Of a DNA stretch of 64,000 nt, positions 24,245 through 35,099 are shown piece by piece. Under the pieces are notes generated by a model. The model was not told the origin of the DNA and made no database searches. It was given only the letters and a program-made list of their open reading frames with translations. How positions within the stretch are numbered: position 1 is the stretch's first letter; each line of letters begins with the position of its first letter. The DNA is from Glaucostegus cemiculus (taxonomy: Eukaryota), in the NCBI GenBank assembly GCA_976551045.1, contig CDPCPM010000418.1, positions 3,472,001-3,536,000 on the forward strand, given 5' to 3'. Both the position numbers and the translations under genes were made by a program.

Positions 24245-26900
24245 ACAAGAACATAAGAAATAGGAACTGACGTAGGTCATCTGGCCTTTTGAGCCTATTC
24301 TACCATTCATTAAGATCATGACTGATATTCTACCTCAGTGCCATTTTCCTGCACTATCCCCTCCTTCCTCGATTCTCTTAACAGTCAAAAACCTATCCAT
24401 CTCTATTTTGATTGAACACAATGACTGAGCCTCTACAGCCCTCTGGAGGAGAGATTTCCAAAGATTCATCACTCTCCGAGTGAAGAAACTTCACCTCATC
24501 TCAGTCCTACTTGGTTTATTCCTTATTTTGAGACTATGAACTGATTCTTGACTCCTCAACCACGGGAAACATTCTCCCTGAATCCAACATATTTACTCCT
24601 GAAAGAATTTTGTAGGTTCCAGTGAGATTTCCTCTTTTTTCTTCTAAACTCTGGGGAATACAGGCCAAGTCTATTCAATCGCCACATCTATTGACAAACC
24701 TACCACCCCTGGAAGTGGGGTAATGAATCTCCCCTGCACTTTCTTAGGTAAGGAGATGGAAACTGTACTCAATACTCCAGATGTCATCTTACCAAGACCC
24801 TACACAATTATCAAAATATATCCTTACTCTAGCATCACACCATTTGCCTCCCTATTTGCACTTTCATGTTGGTTTTCAGTGACTTATGTACAAGAATACT
24901 CAAGTTCCTTTGTGATCAATCTCTCGCCATTTAACAGTTCTGTTCTGTACACCAAAACGGATGACCCTACATGTTCCCATATTTTATTCAATCTGTCATG
25001 TTTACATCCACCCACTCAGCCTGTTTACATCCTCCTCCTTACCACAAGGAGGAATGATGGGCAGATTGGGTTAGGGGGTGGGGGTGTAGTAATGGAAAGG
25101 GTGAACAAAGAGATAAACAACCTGGGTAGGCTAATTAGAGTCTCAAAGAAACATGGGGGGTATGGATTAACTGAAATTGGAAAATTCAATGTTCATATCA
25201 TTGGGTTGTAAGCTACTCAAGCAGAATATTCTTCTAGATTTCATTTGGCTTCACCATGGCAGTAGAGAAGGCCGAGGATTGACAGGTCGGTGTGGGAATG
25301 GAAAGGAGGTGGCATGAAACCAGAAACTTAAGATGGCTATTGTGGACAGAGATCAGGTGTTCTGCAAAACAGCCACCTCATCTACACTTGGTCTTGCCAC
25401 AAAGGAGGCTACATTGCCAGCACCGAATGCAATAGACCAGGCTGGACCTCACTGAAAGCCTTCTGAGATCCAAATATACCACATCATTGGCTTCCCCTTA
25501 TCTATTTTATGTGTCAAATACTAAAAAAAATCCAGCAGACTGATCAAACAGGATTTTCCTTTCTTAAATCCATGCAAATTCTGCTCAATCCTATTATTTT
25601 TTTCCAAGGTGTATAATTATTGCATCATTATGGATTCCAGGATTTCCCTACTATTGACATGAGGCTAAAAGGATTGTACTTCCCTGCTTCCTTCCCCCTC
25701 CTTTCTTAAAATAGTGGGGACACAATTGCCACCTTCCAATCCACAGATATAATTAAAAATTTGTAAGGTGTGCCTTAAAGGATTTTTTTGCAATCCATAC
25801 ATTTTTTATTGAAAAACTAGCCCTTCCCTGTCCGATATCAAACCTTTCAATACATTTTCTTTTTCAAGTACAACAAATTCTTTCACTTATACCTTCATTG
25901 TTTCCTTTGTTTAGGTTTAACACTTTTGGATTGAACTGGATCACTTTCAAACTCAATGCAAAATTCAATCATGTTATGGTTTCTCTTCCCTAATGGCCCC
26001 TTTACAACAAAATTATCAGTTAACTATTTCTCATCTACAAAATGAAATCTAAAATAGCCCCCTCAGCATATTGATCTAGAAAACTATCAAGTACATATTC
26101 AATAATTTTGTCCTCCACTTTTTTGCTGCTAATTTGTCTTGTCCAGTCTCCATGAAGATTAAAGTCTCCATGTTTATTGTATTACCCCTATTATAGCACT
26201 TATAATTTTCTGTTTAATGTCATGCCTAATATTACAACTACTATTTGGTGGCTTATGAATAATTTTTAGCAATGTTTTCTTCCTTTTGTTACTTTTTAAT
26301 TCAACCACAATTGATTCTAATTCCACATCATGATCTGCCAAACCAAAATCATTACTTACCAATGCACTGATCTCTTCCCTTGTTAGTAACATTACACCTC
26401 CTCCTTTCCTTTTTGTTTGTCCTTCCTAAATGTCAAATATCCTTGAATATTTAACTCCCAGCTTCAGTCATCCTGCAGCCACATTTCCATAATGGCAAGT
26501 AGATCATACTGATTAATTTCTATTTGTGCAATACATCTACCTTGTTGCAAATACTGCATTTAGACACAGTAGCTTCACTCTTGCCATTTTAACATGTTTC
26601 TGTACTGTGACCCCTTTTGCTGTTTGTCTTTGTTTCTGCTATTTAATTATTTTGCCTACTACTTTTCTAGCTTCTGTGTTCTTTCTGTCCTTTCTGAATT
26701 TCCCTTTGAGGTTTCCAACTCATCAAGCTGGTTTTAGCCCTTCCCAACAGCACTAGCAAATGCCCAGCAAGGATATTGGTCCTGGTCCTGATCCTGATGT
26801 CCAATTACTGCCCCAGAAATAGTCCCAATAGCTCAAAACCTAAATACCTCCCTCCTGCAATGTCTCTCCAGCCACAAATTCAATCCTCAAACTTCTTTAT
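24245..26900 (-). mobile_element. Long decayed CR1 (ORF1/EN to 3' tail, internally deleted), interrupted by Penelope at about 25040-25447
   Basis: Tail acaagaacataagaaatagg..ggtcatctggccttt; EN-like ESIVVELKSNKRKKTLL..HKPPNS. Confidence 0.85.
25040..25447 (-). mobile_element. Penelope-like GIY-YIG remnant
   Basis: SSLVYCIRCWQCSLLCGKTKCR*GGCFAEHLISVH...MNIEFSNF on the - strand; paralogous to 14695-15276. Confidence 0.85.
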
Positions 26901-27959
26901 TTGTTAGCACCTGGCAAAGCAGGTCAGTAAAAACAGGTGCATGTTACAACACAGGCAGCAGAATATTGGGTGAACTCTCTCACAAAGGGCCCCCAAGGCT
27001 GAAGAAGACCCAGAGAAAGAAAGCATGCAGGGGTAGAATTAACTAAAAATTATCTTCAACTTTCATCAATATAATTCTACCAATATCCCAAATAATATTA
27101 CCTATTTCTTAAAGTTCTGGAACAAATTTCAAAAAAGCACTTAGAAAATATTTCTGGATATCAAAACAAAATGGAGTTGTATGAATGGATTGTGGCCAGA
27201 ACCTGGTTTACACTGATACTTGAATGTTTAATTCATTTCTTTCCAAAAAGGAGTTTGATATTTACCTAGTCATAAATAACAGGAACTGGGGATTTAGACC
27301 CCTGTGGAGCCTTTCAAAGGGACTTGCCTTGAAACTAGTGAAGACAATGCTGGGAAATTGAGCTCAAGCACTACAAAACAACCTCAGCAATTTTACAGCC
27401 TTGCATATCTTTGAGACACAAGGCAAAATTCTCTTTCCAGTCCCTACACCTAATGTCACTCCATCCTTTTCCCGATCATGGTTTGGGTAAGGAGCATGGA
27501 GGCAGACAAACATGGCCCAAGCACCCATGGAATAGTGGTACCAAGCCCTTTGATTGGGATATATATTATGAAATATAATTGGATAATTCCCCATAAATTA
27601 CACCTGGATCCTACACTGCTGTTAATTTTGAGTTCAGTTACATCATTTGTGTTCTGTAACCATCCTCCACTCATTGTATTTGAGTGGAGAAATAATCTTG
27701 TTTTATTTGGAGATTCCATTGCCTTCCATTTCAGCTAAAAGTTCAGACACTAAGTTAAAACCACAAATCCTTATCCTTGCTCCAGGTGTCAATAGTCACT
27801 CTGGTTTGATTACTGGGGAGGGAAAGTTATAGTTGAGATTCCAAACCTACCTTCACCTGATGCCCAAACAGGCTTCAAACTATATGGTCTGTATTCTGAT
27901 CTAACTAATCTAAAAAAAATACTGAAAATCACATATCTATAGAAGAGGAAAGACACGGT

Positions 27960-28620
27960 AGTGTTAACCAGGGCTCAGTAGGTAGCACCCAAAATCTCGC
28001 CCTATGCTCATGATCTGGTACTGGAAGAGTTTTGTACTGTGGGAATTATTAATCATTGGATGAGATGTTAAACCTTGTTCTCATCTGTCCTCTCAGGTGA
28101 GTATAAAATACTCAGTGATGCTGTATAGAAAGGAGCAGGGGCAATCCCAGTGCATTAGCCCACATTAGTGAAATAGGTCAACGTTTGTGACTGTTTGTGG
28201 AACCTTGCTGTGTATAAACTGATACAATTTTGTTGAGTGCAAAAGTGTTCACACACAAAAGAATACTTTGGTGAATGTTAAGTATTTGCGTAGTACTTTG
28301 GGACATTAGGAAGTCTATCTGTTTGTCAGATTATGTATCACCTACACAATTAGGACCTGTATGAACTCTAATTTAAAACATTGATGAAAAGAGCAGAATT
28401 ATTTGATTTATATTAAACCTTTCACATTCTGGACATCTCAATTAGCTTTGTAGCTAATGAGTTTTTAATTGCAGTCACTGATATTTTGTAGGCAAACACA
28501 GAGACCAATTGTGCACAAAAACGGTCCAACAAGCAGCAAGTAATGGATCTATTAAGTCTGTTTGGCAAGGATTATAGTCTAGGATTCTTGATTCCTGCTC
28601 ATCATAGGAAAGTGCGATAG
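27960..28620. mobile_element. Two DeuSINEs tail-to-tail (+ 27960-28310, - 28405-28620)
   Basis: ggctcagtaggtagcac head; ggatgagatgttaaacc..ctctcaggtg core; reverse copy ccaattgtgcacaa. Confidence 0.75.
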
Positions 28621-29279
28621 GATTTTGTTTTGAGTTATTTATTATGCATCACACCACTATCACTGCCACCTCCACAGAATTGAAGCCATCTATAAAGGTA
28701 CAGGTATTTGATCTTCAAGAAACATCGGTTTCTTTTACTGCAACATAATGGTTGATCTCTCCAAAGTATTGGTATGCAAAATCTTTCTGAATGGATAGAA
28801 GAGCTGGAATTGGTCTGGCAAAAGTCAGGGAGCAATTGATGATCTGTAATTTCATGCTATATAATTACCAAAACTATGTAGACTAGTCAGGTTCTCCTGT
28901 AGCCATTAAAAAGGGCACTCGTCACCAGAAGAATGAATAACAACAGAAAGATACAAGGCCTTTGTGGGTGGACTGGGGATGGCAGCCTGGGGCTTAATTG
29001 ACTGGGAGTGTGGCAGAGGTTCGTCTTTCAATAAAGCCTTTTTGTTCTCACTTTCACATCATATCAACTGGTAGTTAACAGAACAATGATCAGAGAATAC
29101 ACAACTTCAGAAAGGAAAGAGACAGTCAGTGTTTGGGCAATAAGGAATGTGTCTCTTTGAAGTAGCCATTGTTTACCCAGATTAACTAATGTTCTCCCAT
29201 TTTTGAGGCTTCTTTACTCAGTGCTATTGTAGGTCAACCTGAGCAAGTGCTACATTATCCTCATGGCAATGATATTTAT

Positions 29280-29930
29280 AGAATACTTATATAGCACCTT
29301 TAACCTAATATAGTGTCCCATGGCACTTTACAGAAGCATTATGAAACAAAACTTGACAGTAAATAAAGTGATAGTAGGACAGCTTGCCAGAGCTTCACAT
29401 CGTCACAGGCCACAAAATACCAGAAATGGAGGATGACAGGAATCTTGTGAGTTATGGGGTTGGAGTAGTTAACAAAGGAAAGGAGGTGTGACACCACAGA
29501 GGAGAGAGCAGGATGATGTCTATCCATGCACAGCTCTTCCCAGTGCCAGCTCATATCTCAAAGCAAAGCACCACAGCTGTCTAGATCATTCTTAAAGGAA
29601 AACACTTGCATCTATACAAAGCCTTTCATACTCTCAGGACCTTCAAGGCTCTTCACACCCAATGAAGTATCAGAAAAGTGTGATCAGCGGTTCAATGTAA
29701 GGAAACAACTAGCCAATTTGTGCACAGTCAGGTCCCACAATTAGATAACAAGACCAGATTTTTTTTGGTATTGTAACTCAAGGGCTAGATATTGACCCAG
29801 GTACCAGGTGGAATACCCCTAGAGCCTCAGTAGAGCCAAGCGGTTGTGCAGATGTAAACTCTGACCAAACAGACTACAACTTGAACAGTGCAGCATTCCC
29901 TAAATACTACCAGAACTCCCTATTATGTGG
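29280..29930 (-). mobile_element. L2 3' end (29280-29460) and DeuSINE (29597-29930)
   Basis: ttatatagcacctttaac terminus; cttgcatctatacaaagcctttcatactctcaggac..agccaatttgtgcacag. Confidence 0.75.
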
Positions 29931-29949
29931 CTGGAAGCTCATAGCAACA

Positions 29950-30370
29950 CCAGTATGAACAATTCCACAAACATTACATTATATAATGCACTGTACACTA
30001 TAATAGAGTGCATCATATACACAAGCTTTACAACATATAATACATGCACCATATAGAAAGCATCACATAAATAATAATTATAGTGCACAAAACAATGCAC
30101 ATCTTAAACATTACTTTATATAGTGTACCATTCATATACTGACTCTGCTATATGGTTGTGCATCATTTATATTATTGTATCCTACAATGCACTAGGTACT
30201 ATATTTAGTGCATCATAAATATGATTATAATCTATCAAATTTACTTGAGATTATATAATATGTATGATGTATACTACAAGCACTGCATTATATATTCTGT
30301 ATATTGCATGTGCTGATATAGACTACAAGCATTTCAAATGATGATATAGTCCTGTTTCTATTTATACATT
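29950..30370. repeat. Decayed AT-rich minisatellite or low-complexity tract
   Basis: Recurring tagtgcatcat, aatgcact and actacaagca units. Confidence 0.65.
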
Positions 30371-31579
30371 GGCTGGTTTCTGATTTCTTTTCACATATAT
30401 AGTTAATATTGATTTACCTGCCTGTTTGGGAATAGAGATGGTAAATTGTAGCCCTGGATGCAAACACCATTTTACGTGCAGATTCATCTCTGTGCGAGGA
30501 GATTAGAGCAGTCAACCCAGCATGCCAGTGACAGTCTCCTACTGTACCTTGTGCTGAATTGATACTTATGTAAAAACTGAACAAGAGAGCGGCTGCAATT
30601 TATTTGAACACAAACCATTGCATAATCCTTTAGCCCACGAACAGCACCATTATAAAACATACCAGATGTCAGTGTAAAGGGCACTAACTAAGGAATTAAA
30701 ACATGGAATTCACGGCTTCTACACTAAACCCTAAATTATACTTACAGAATACATCTTGTGGATAAAATGAGAAACCATCAGAATCTTCATGATTATTATA
30801 TTATGCTAAAATGCTATTTCTTGCCAGTCAAAATCATTCCTCCAGACTATTGTATTGGCAGAGAGTTGCTTCTTACATGTGTTAATGACATTATGGAAAG
30901 CTTCCCTCCAACTACTATTTCTAGAAAAATTATAAATACATGACATTACAAATCATACTAATGTAGTTCAATCTCAAAAGTAATCTACCCCATTGAGGCT
31001 TGGAAAAACATGCAAGTATGGTTAATCTTACATTCAGACAAGAGTACTAAAATCTGGAATGTGGTATAATTGGGTCTCAGAGTTTTAATTCACCTTGTAT
31101 CTTGTGCATTAACTATTGGCAGTTTAGTAGTGCTACACTCATACAATCATACAACATGGAAAAGAGGCCACTCGGCCCAACTTGTCCATTCCCACCAGTG
31201 GGCACTGTTCTGTATTAATCCCATTGCCCAACACTTGGTCTATAAGCCTCCATGCCTAAGCAATTTAACCTTCTTCCATGTTATTGTCCTCAGTCACAAC
31301 AAAGCATCTCCAACAATCCCTTCCTACTGAAGCACCATCACCTGGAGGTTCCTAAAAGATCTAAACCCCTGGATCCCAACTCCTCCTCATTGATAATGCT
31401 CCTCCTTACCTACATTGTTTGAAGTCTTGGGGTCAGCTTCCTCACACTGGTGACACTGGCTATGGCCATCTTAACCCCTCTCAGTACCACACTCATTCGT
31501 TCTCTAAGACACAAGAAAATACCAGGGTCATTTATAAAGCAGAGATGGCTGACGTTTCATTTGGTGGCTACCCCTAGAC

Positions 31580-31835
31580 TTTTGAAATTTAAGAAGTCAA
31601 TGCTGGAAATAGCAGTCAAACTGAATCTGTGGATAGAGAAACAGGTCAATGACTTACATTAAAATGAGGAAAACTGGAACCTTTCACAACTTTTCCTCAT
31701 TCTGATGGAAGATCAATGACCTGAAAGGTTAACTCAGTCTCTCCGTCCACAGACACCCTCTGTCTACTGAGTATTTCCAGTATTTTCTGGTTTTATTTCA
31801 GACTTCCAGCATCTGCAGTTTTATTTGACTTTGCC
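31580..31835. mobile_element. Head-to-head inverted pair of Penelope terminal repeats with decayed hammerhead motif
   Basis: aatgaggaaaa (31663) / ttttcctcatt (31691) at the centre; ctgatggaagatcaatgacctgaaaggttaac; arms tgctggaaat / atttccagta. Confidence 0.75.
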
Positions 31836-31984
31836 ATTACCTCTGGAAAATTAAAAGCTAAAACATTAAATTCAATCTTACATTTACCTCATGCCTCCCT
31901 GCTGACAGCTGTTGAACCATAGTAACGCCCTGGAAGAGCTACAATTTCTCCTGCAAAATATCAGCCAGGCACAAGATGCCCGGG

Positions 31985-32470
31985 TACTTCACCCGACCTC
32001 AGTGGGACCTGACCACAAGTGTAGAGTTCAGGTAGGGTATCAAACTTGAGTCAAGCCATTTCTATATAGATAAAAATAATTCACCGCATTGTTCAGTGCA
32101 ACATGAGTCGACGGCCTCACCATAGGGAGAGAGGTAAGTGACAATCCCTTTACCACAGGGTTGATGGTGAACCAGTGCTGCAGCAGCAGTACAAATGACA
32201 GAAGTGTGGCCCGTTACCGAAGAGACCGGTTCTAAACCCCAGCCGCTGCCTCCATGTATAGAAAGGGGGCGGGGTGTTAGAAGTGACGTATAATTATCAT
32301 GGTTATACCGTCCCCTCCTCTTCATGGTAACTCTTTGGCTGAATGCACATAATGAGGACTGGGGACGTCTTCCCCAGTACCGTCCCGTCCACCTGCTGGA
32401 GCCAGACTACCCGACCCGGACCCAACCTGTGGGTATCCGCAGATACAAGTCCTGGGGTTCCGGGTTTACC
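31985..32470. mobile_element. Probable old non-autonomous hAT-like element with ACCCGA/TCGGGT subterminal arrays, CpG-retaining
   Basis: Left acccgacctcagtgggacctgacc..gttcaggtagggt; right acccgacccggacccaac..ggggttccgggt; no clear TSD. Confidence 0.45.
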
Positions 32471-32699
32471 TCTTCCCTACTCACCAGCTCAAACAAGCCA
32501 GACTGCAACATCAGTGATCCATTGACCTTAAGGTTGCGAGTCATACGTATTCTCCTTCCCTCTCCATGGCGTCTTTAATCTGTTTACATCGCAGTTCACC
32601 GAAAAATGCTGCCCTTTTGAAACAGTTATAGATTCACAGCTGCCTTTCCATCCTCTACACTGATGTAACTTAAGCTCCCCCCGTCTCCTGCTTCCCACA

Positions 32700-33000
32700 A
32701 CCAATCTTATGTGAACTCCTTACTTGCCCATCACAACCATCGTCACTGACCTTCACTGGCTCCCAGTGTACCAACATCCCAAACATTCTCATCCTTGTCT
32801 TTACATCCATCATCCCAAAAGCTCATCAATTCCAACTTGAATTTCTGTAGCTCCACATAGAACATAGATACCTACAGCATAATTCAGGCCCTTCGGCCCA
32901 CAAAGCTGTGCCGAACAAGGCAATTCTGAATTCTATTGTCCTTATAATGGCCCGTTGTGCATCTTTCACTCCGCTCATTGATCCCATGTGTTCCCACACT
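32700..33000 (+). mobile_element. L2 fragment interrupted by a ~60-bp CR1 tail (- strand, 32855-32917)
   Basis: PITTIVTDLHWLPVYQH; acatagaacataga..ggcccttcggccca. Confidence 0.75.
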
Positions 33001-33389
33001 TGTAAGTCCCATTCTCTGAAATGTCATTCTTTATCATTTTTTCCTACAATCCTACAAATTCCCGAATCCATCACACTTGCCCTGGATATGGGATTAACTC
33101 GTGACCTATAGTTTGTTAACACATCACTATTATACCTAATCATACTCAAGTTTGTGATCAATCAGTTATAGCCACGGTGTTGATACAGGACAATTGCCTC
33201 CCACTGTATCACAGAATGTGTGGATCCACTCACCAAACTGTATTTCTGAGTCCAAGTCTTTCTAATATTTGAACCTTGGCAAAATGGATGGAAATGTTAC
33301 CAAATGGTGAATGAGCAACACTCCAAAAGTGAGGAAGGGAGAAACAACTAATGTTCTATGTATTCTCTCTGGCATCACAGAGATACAAT

Positions 33390-34005
33390 GAAGAGAAAGA
33401 TGCATTTCTCAAGGGTCCCTTAAACACATTGAAGCGCACTTACAGATGAAATACCTTTTGAGGTGTAATAAATGTAGAAGCTGTTGGAAATACTAATCAG
33501 GTTAGACAGCATCCACAGAGAGAGAGAAAAACAGAGGAAATATCACTGATCTGATCTGATGGAAGATCTGAATGCCTGTTAACCACTCCAGCATTTTCCC
33601 ATCTTTATTTCAGATTTCCACCATTTTGTGTTTTCCCCACATTTTCTTTACTTTTGAGGTATAGTCTATTGTAATAAAGCCTGTTTGTGCACAGCAGTGT
33701 GATAATGAAGAAATAATGTGTTTTCCAGTGATGTTGACTGAAAGATAAATTTGTCCAGGACTCTGGGGAGAACTCCCCTGCTCTTCCTCAAAATAGTGCC
33801 ATGTGATCTTTTACATTCAGCTGAGAGGGCAGACAGAGATTTGGTTGAACATCTCATTCAAAGGATGGCACTTCTGATAATGCAATATTCATTCCACGGT
33901 AGCACTGGAAATTCCAACCTGGGTCTTGTGCTCGAGTCTCTGGAGTGAGCGCACAGTTCTCTGTGACTGCTGAGTCAGAGCTGAGCCATCACTGAGTCAC
34001 AGATG
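33390..34005 (-). mobile_element. DeuSINE split by an inverted Penelope-repeat pair (about 33478-33635)
   Basis: ggggagaactcccctgctcttc..gtgccatgtgatcttttacat..ctgagagggcagac; insert arms tggaaatactaatcaggttagacagcatc / ctccagcattttcc..tttcagatttcca. Confidence 0.85.
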
Positions 34006-34500
34006 ACCTTTAGGAATTTTTGCTTGTTCCATTATTCATGAAAGTGAGGGGATGAGAGGAAAGAGCAACAGGGTGAAAAAGAATCCACATGCATACTACC
34101 CTATAACTCCTGCTGGATTCAATGTCTATTTTGATATTAGAGGTTGAGCGAAGGGGAAAGGGGTTGCCATTTGGAGCAGTAGTGGAAGACCACCGTATGA
34201 CACATGAACATTGACAGCTGGGAATGATATAGGGGGACCCAGCTAGCAAAGAATTGGAAATCCGTGGCCGGGAGACCATTCAGCCCTTGTGCCCACGGCA
34301 CTTAATGAAAAGAAATCCAATCCCACTGCTCCGCTCTCAGTCCACAACCTTGTAGGTCACAACACTTCAAGTACTCAACTCTTTGAACGGGAGAAGGGTT
34401 TCTGCCTCCACCACTCTCAGGCAGTGAACCTTTCTGCAATGAGATGCCCAGAACTACACACAGAATTCTATTAGTACCTTTAGAACTCTGGATAACATCT

Positions 34501-34636
34501 AAACCTGTCTTTTCCACCAGACATTTCACTCAACGAAACCTGTCTTTTCCACCAGACATTAACACTAAACGCAAAAGATGCATTTCACTGTGTGTTTGGA
34601 TATCCATGTGACTAATAAATATATCTCATCTCATCT
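34501..34636 (+). repeat. ~35-bp tandem duplication fused to a 5'-truncated SINE tail (family of 42126-42342)
   Basis: aaacctgtcttttccaccagacatt at 34501 and 34536; gcaaaagatgcatttcactgtgtgttt..catgtgactaataaa(tctca)n. Confidence 0.85.
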
Positions 34637-34748
34637 CTCTTTTGAAAGATTATATGTTCACAGCATCACAACATAGACATGCTGCAACGGGTCTAATAAA
34701 AGGTTAACTAAGGGAAATCCAGCTTGGTCATCTGCTGCTTCTCCAGTG

Positions 34749-34765
34749 CCAGCGCCCTCTCAGCT
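34749..34765 (-). promoter_or_regulatory. Possible CTCF site at the CpG-island border
   Basis: GCTGAGAGGGCGCTG matches the 3' part of the CTCF core; the 5' CCA is mismatched. Confidence 0.3.
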
Positions 34766-35099
34766 AACAAGGTTACATTCCAACCAGCTCCGACAGGCCC
34801 TCAACATTGAGCTTGCTCCGAAAAGATAAAGGGTCAGAGCTGGAGGAGAAAAACACGTTTTCTTCATGATAACCTTGCCTTTTCATTAAAATGGGAACGG
34901 AGGCACGTGTTTAATGATTATCTTGGCGAAACGGAAAAAAATACACAAACGGAGGAAATCACAGACATTAAACATGGAAATAGGTAAAGAATGGAATAAA
35001 TCTAATGAGCGTAGTTACACAGGTCGGAAGTTAATGGTTCCAAATAAACATTGCCTTAATGAACTCAGCATTGCCTGCTCTGCAGTGCACCAGCAAATA

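Noticed and set aside
28635-28850. Possible - strand exon
   Set aside because: Weak polypyrimidine tract, no good donor, no recognisable peptide
33172-33223. pre-miRNA-like hairpin (tgatacag/ctgtatca)
   Set aside because: Stem only about 8 bp and no recognised mature miRNA; similar short hairpins at 6471 and 35703 were also dismissed
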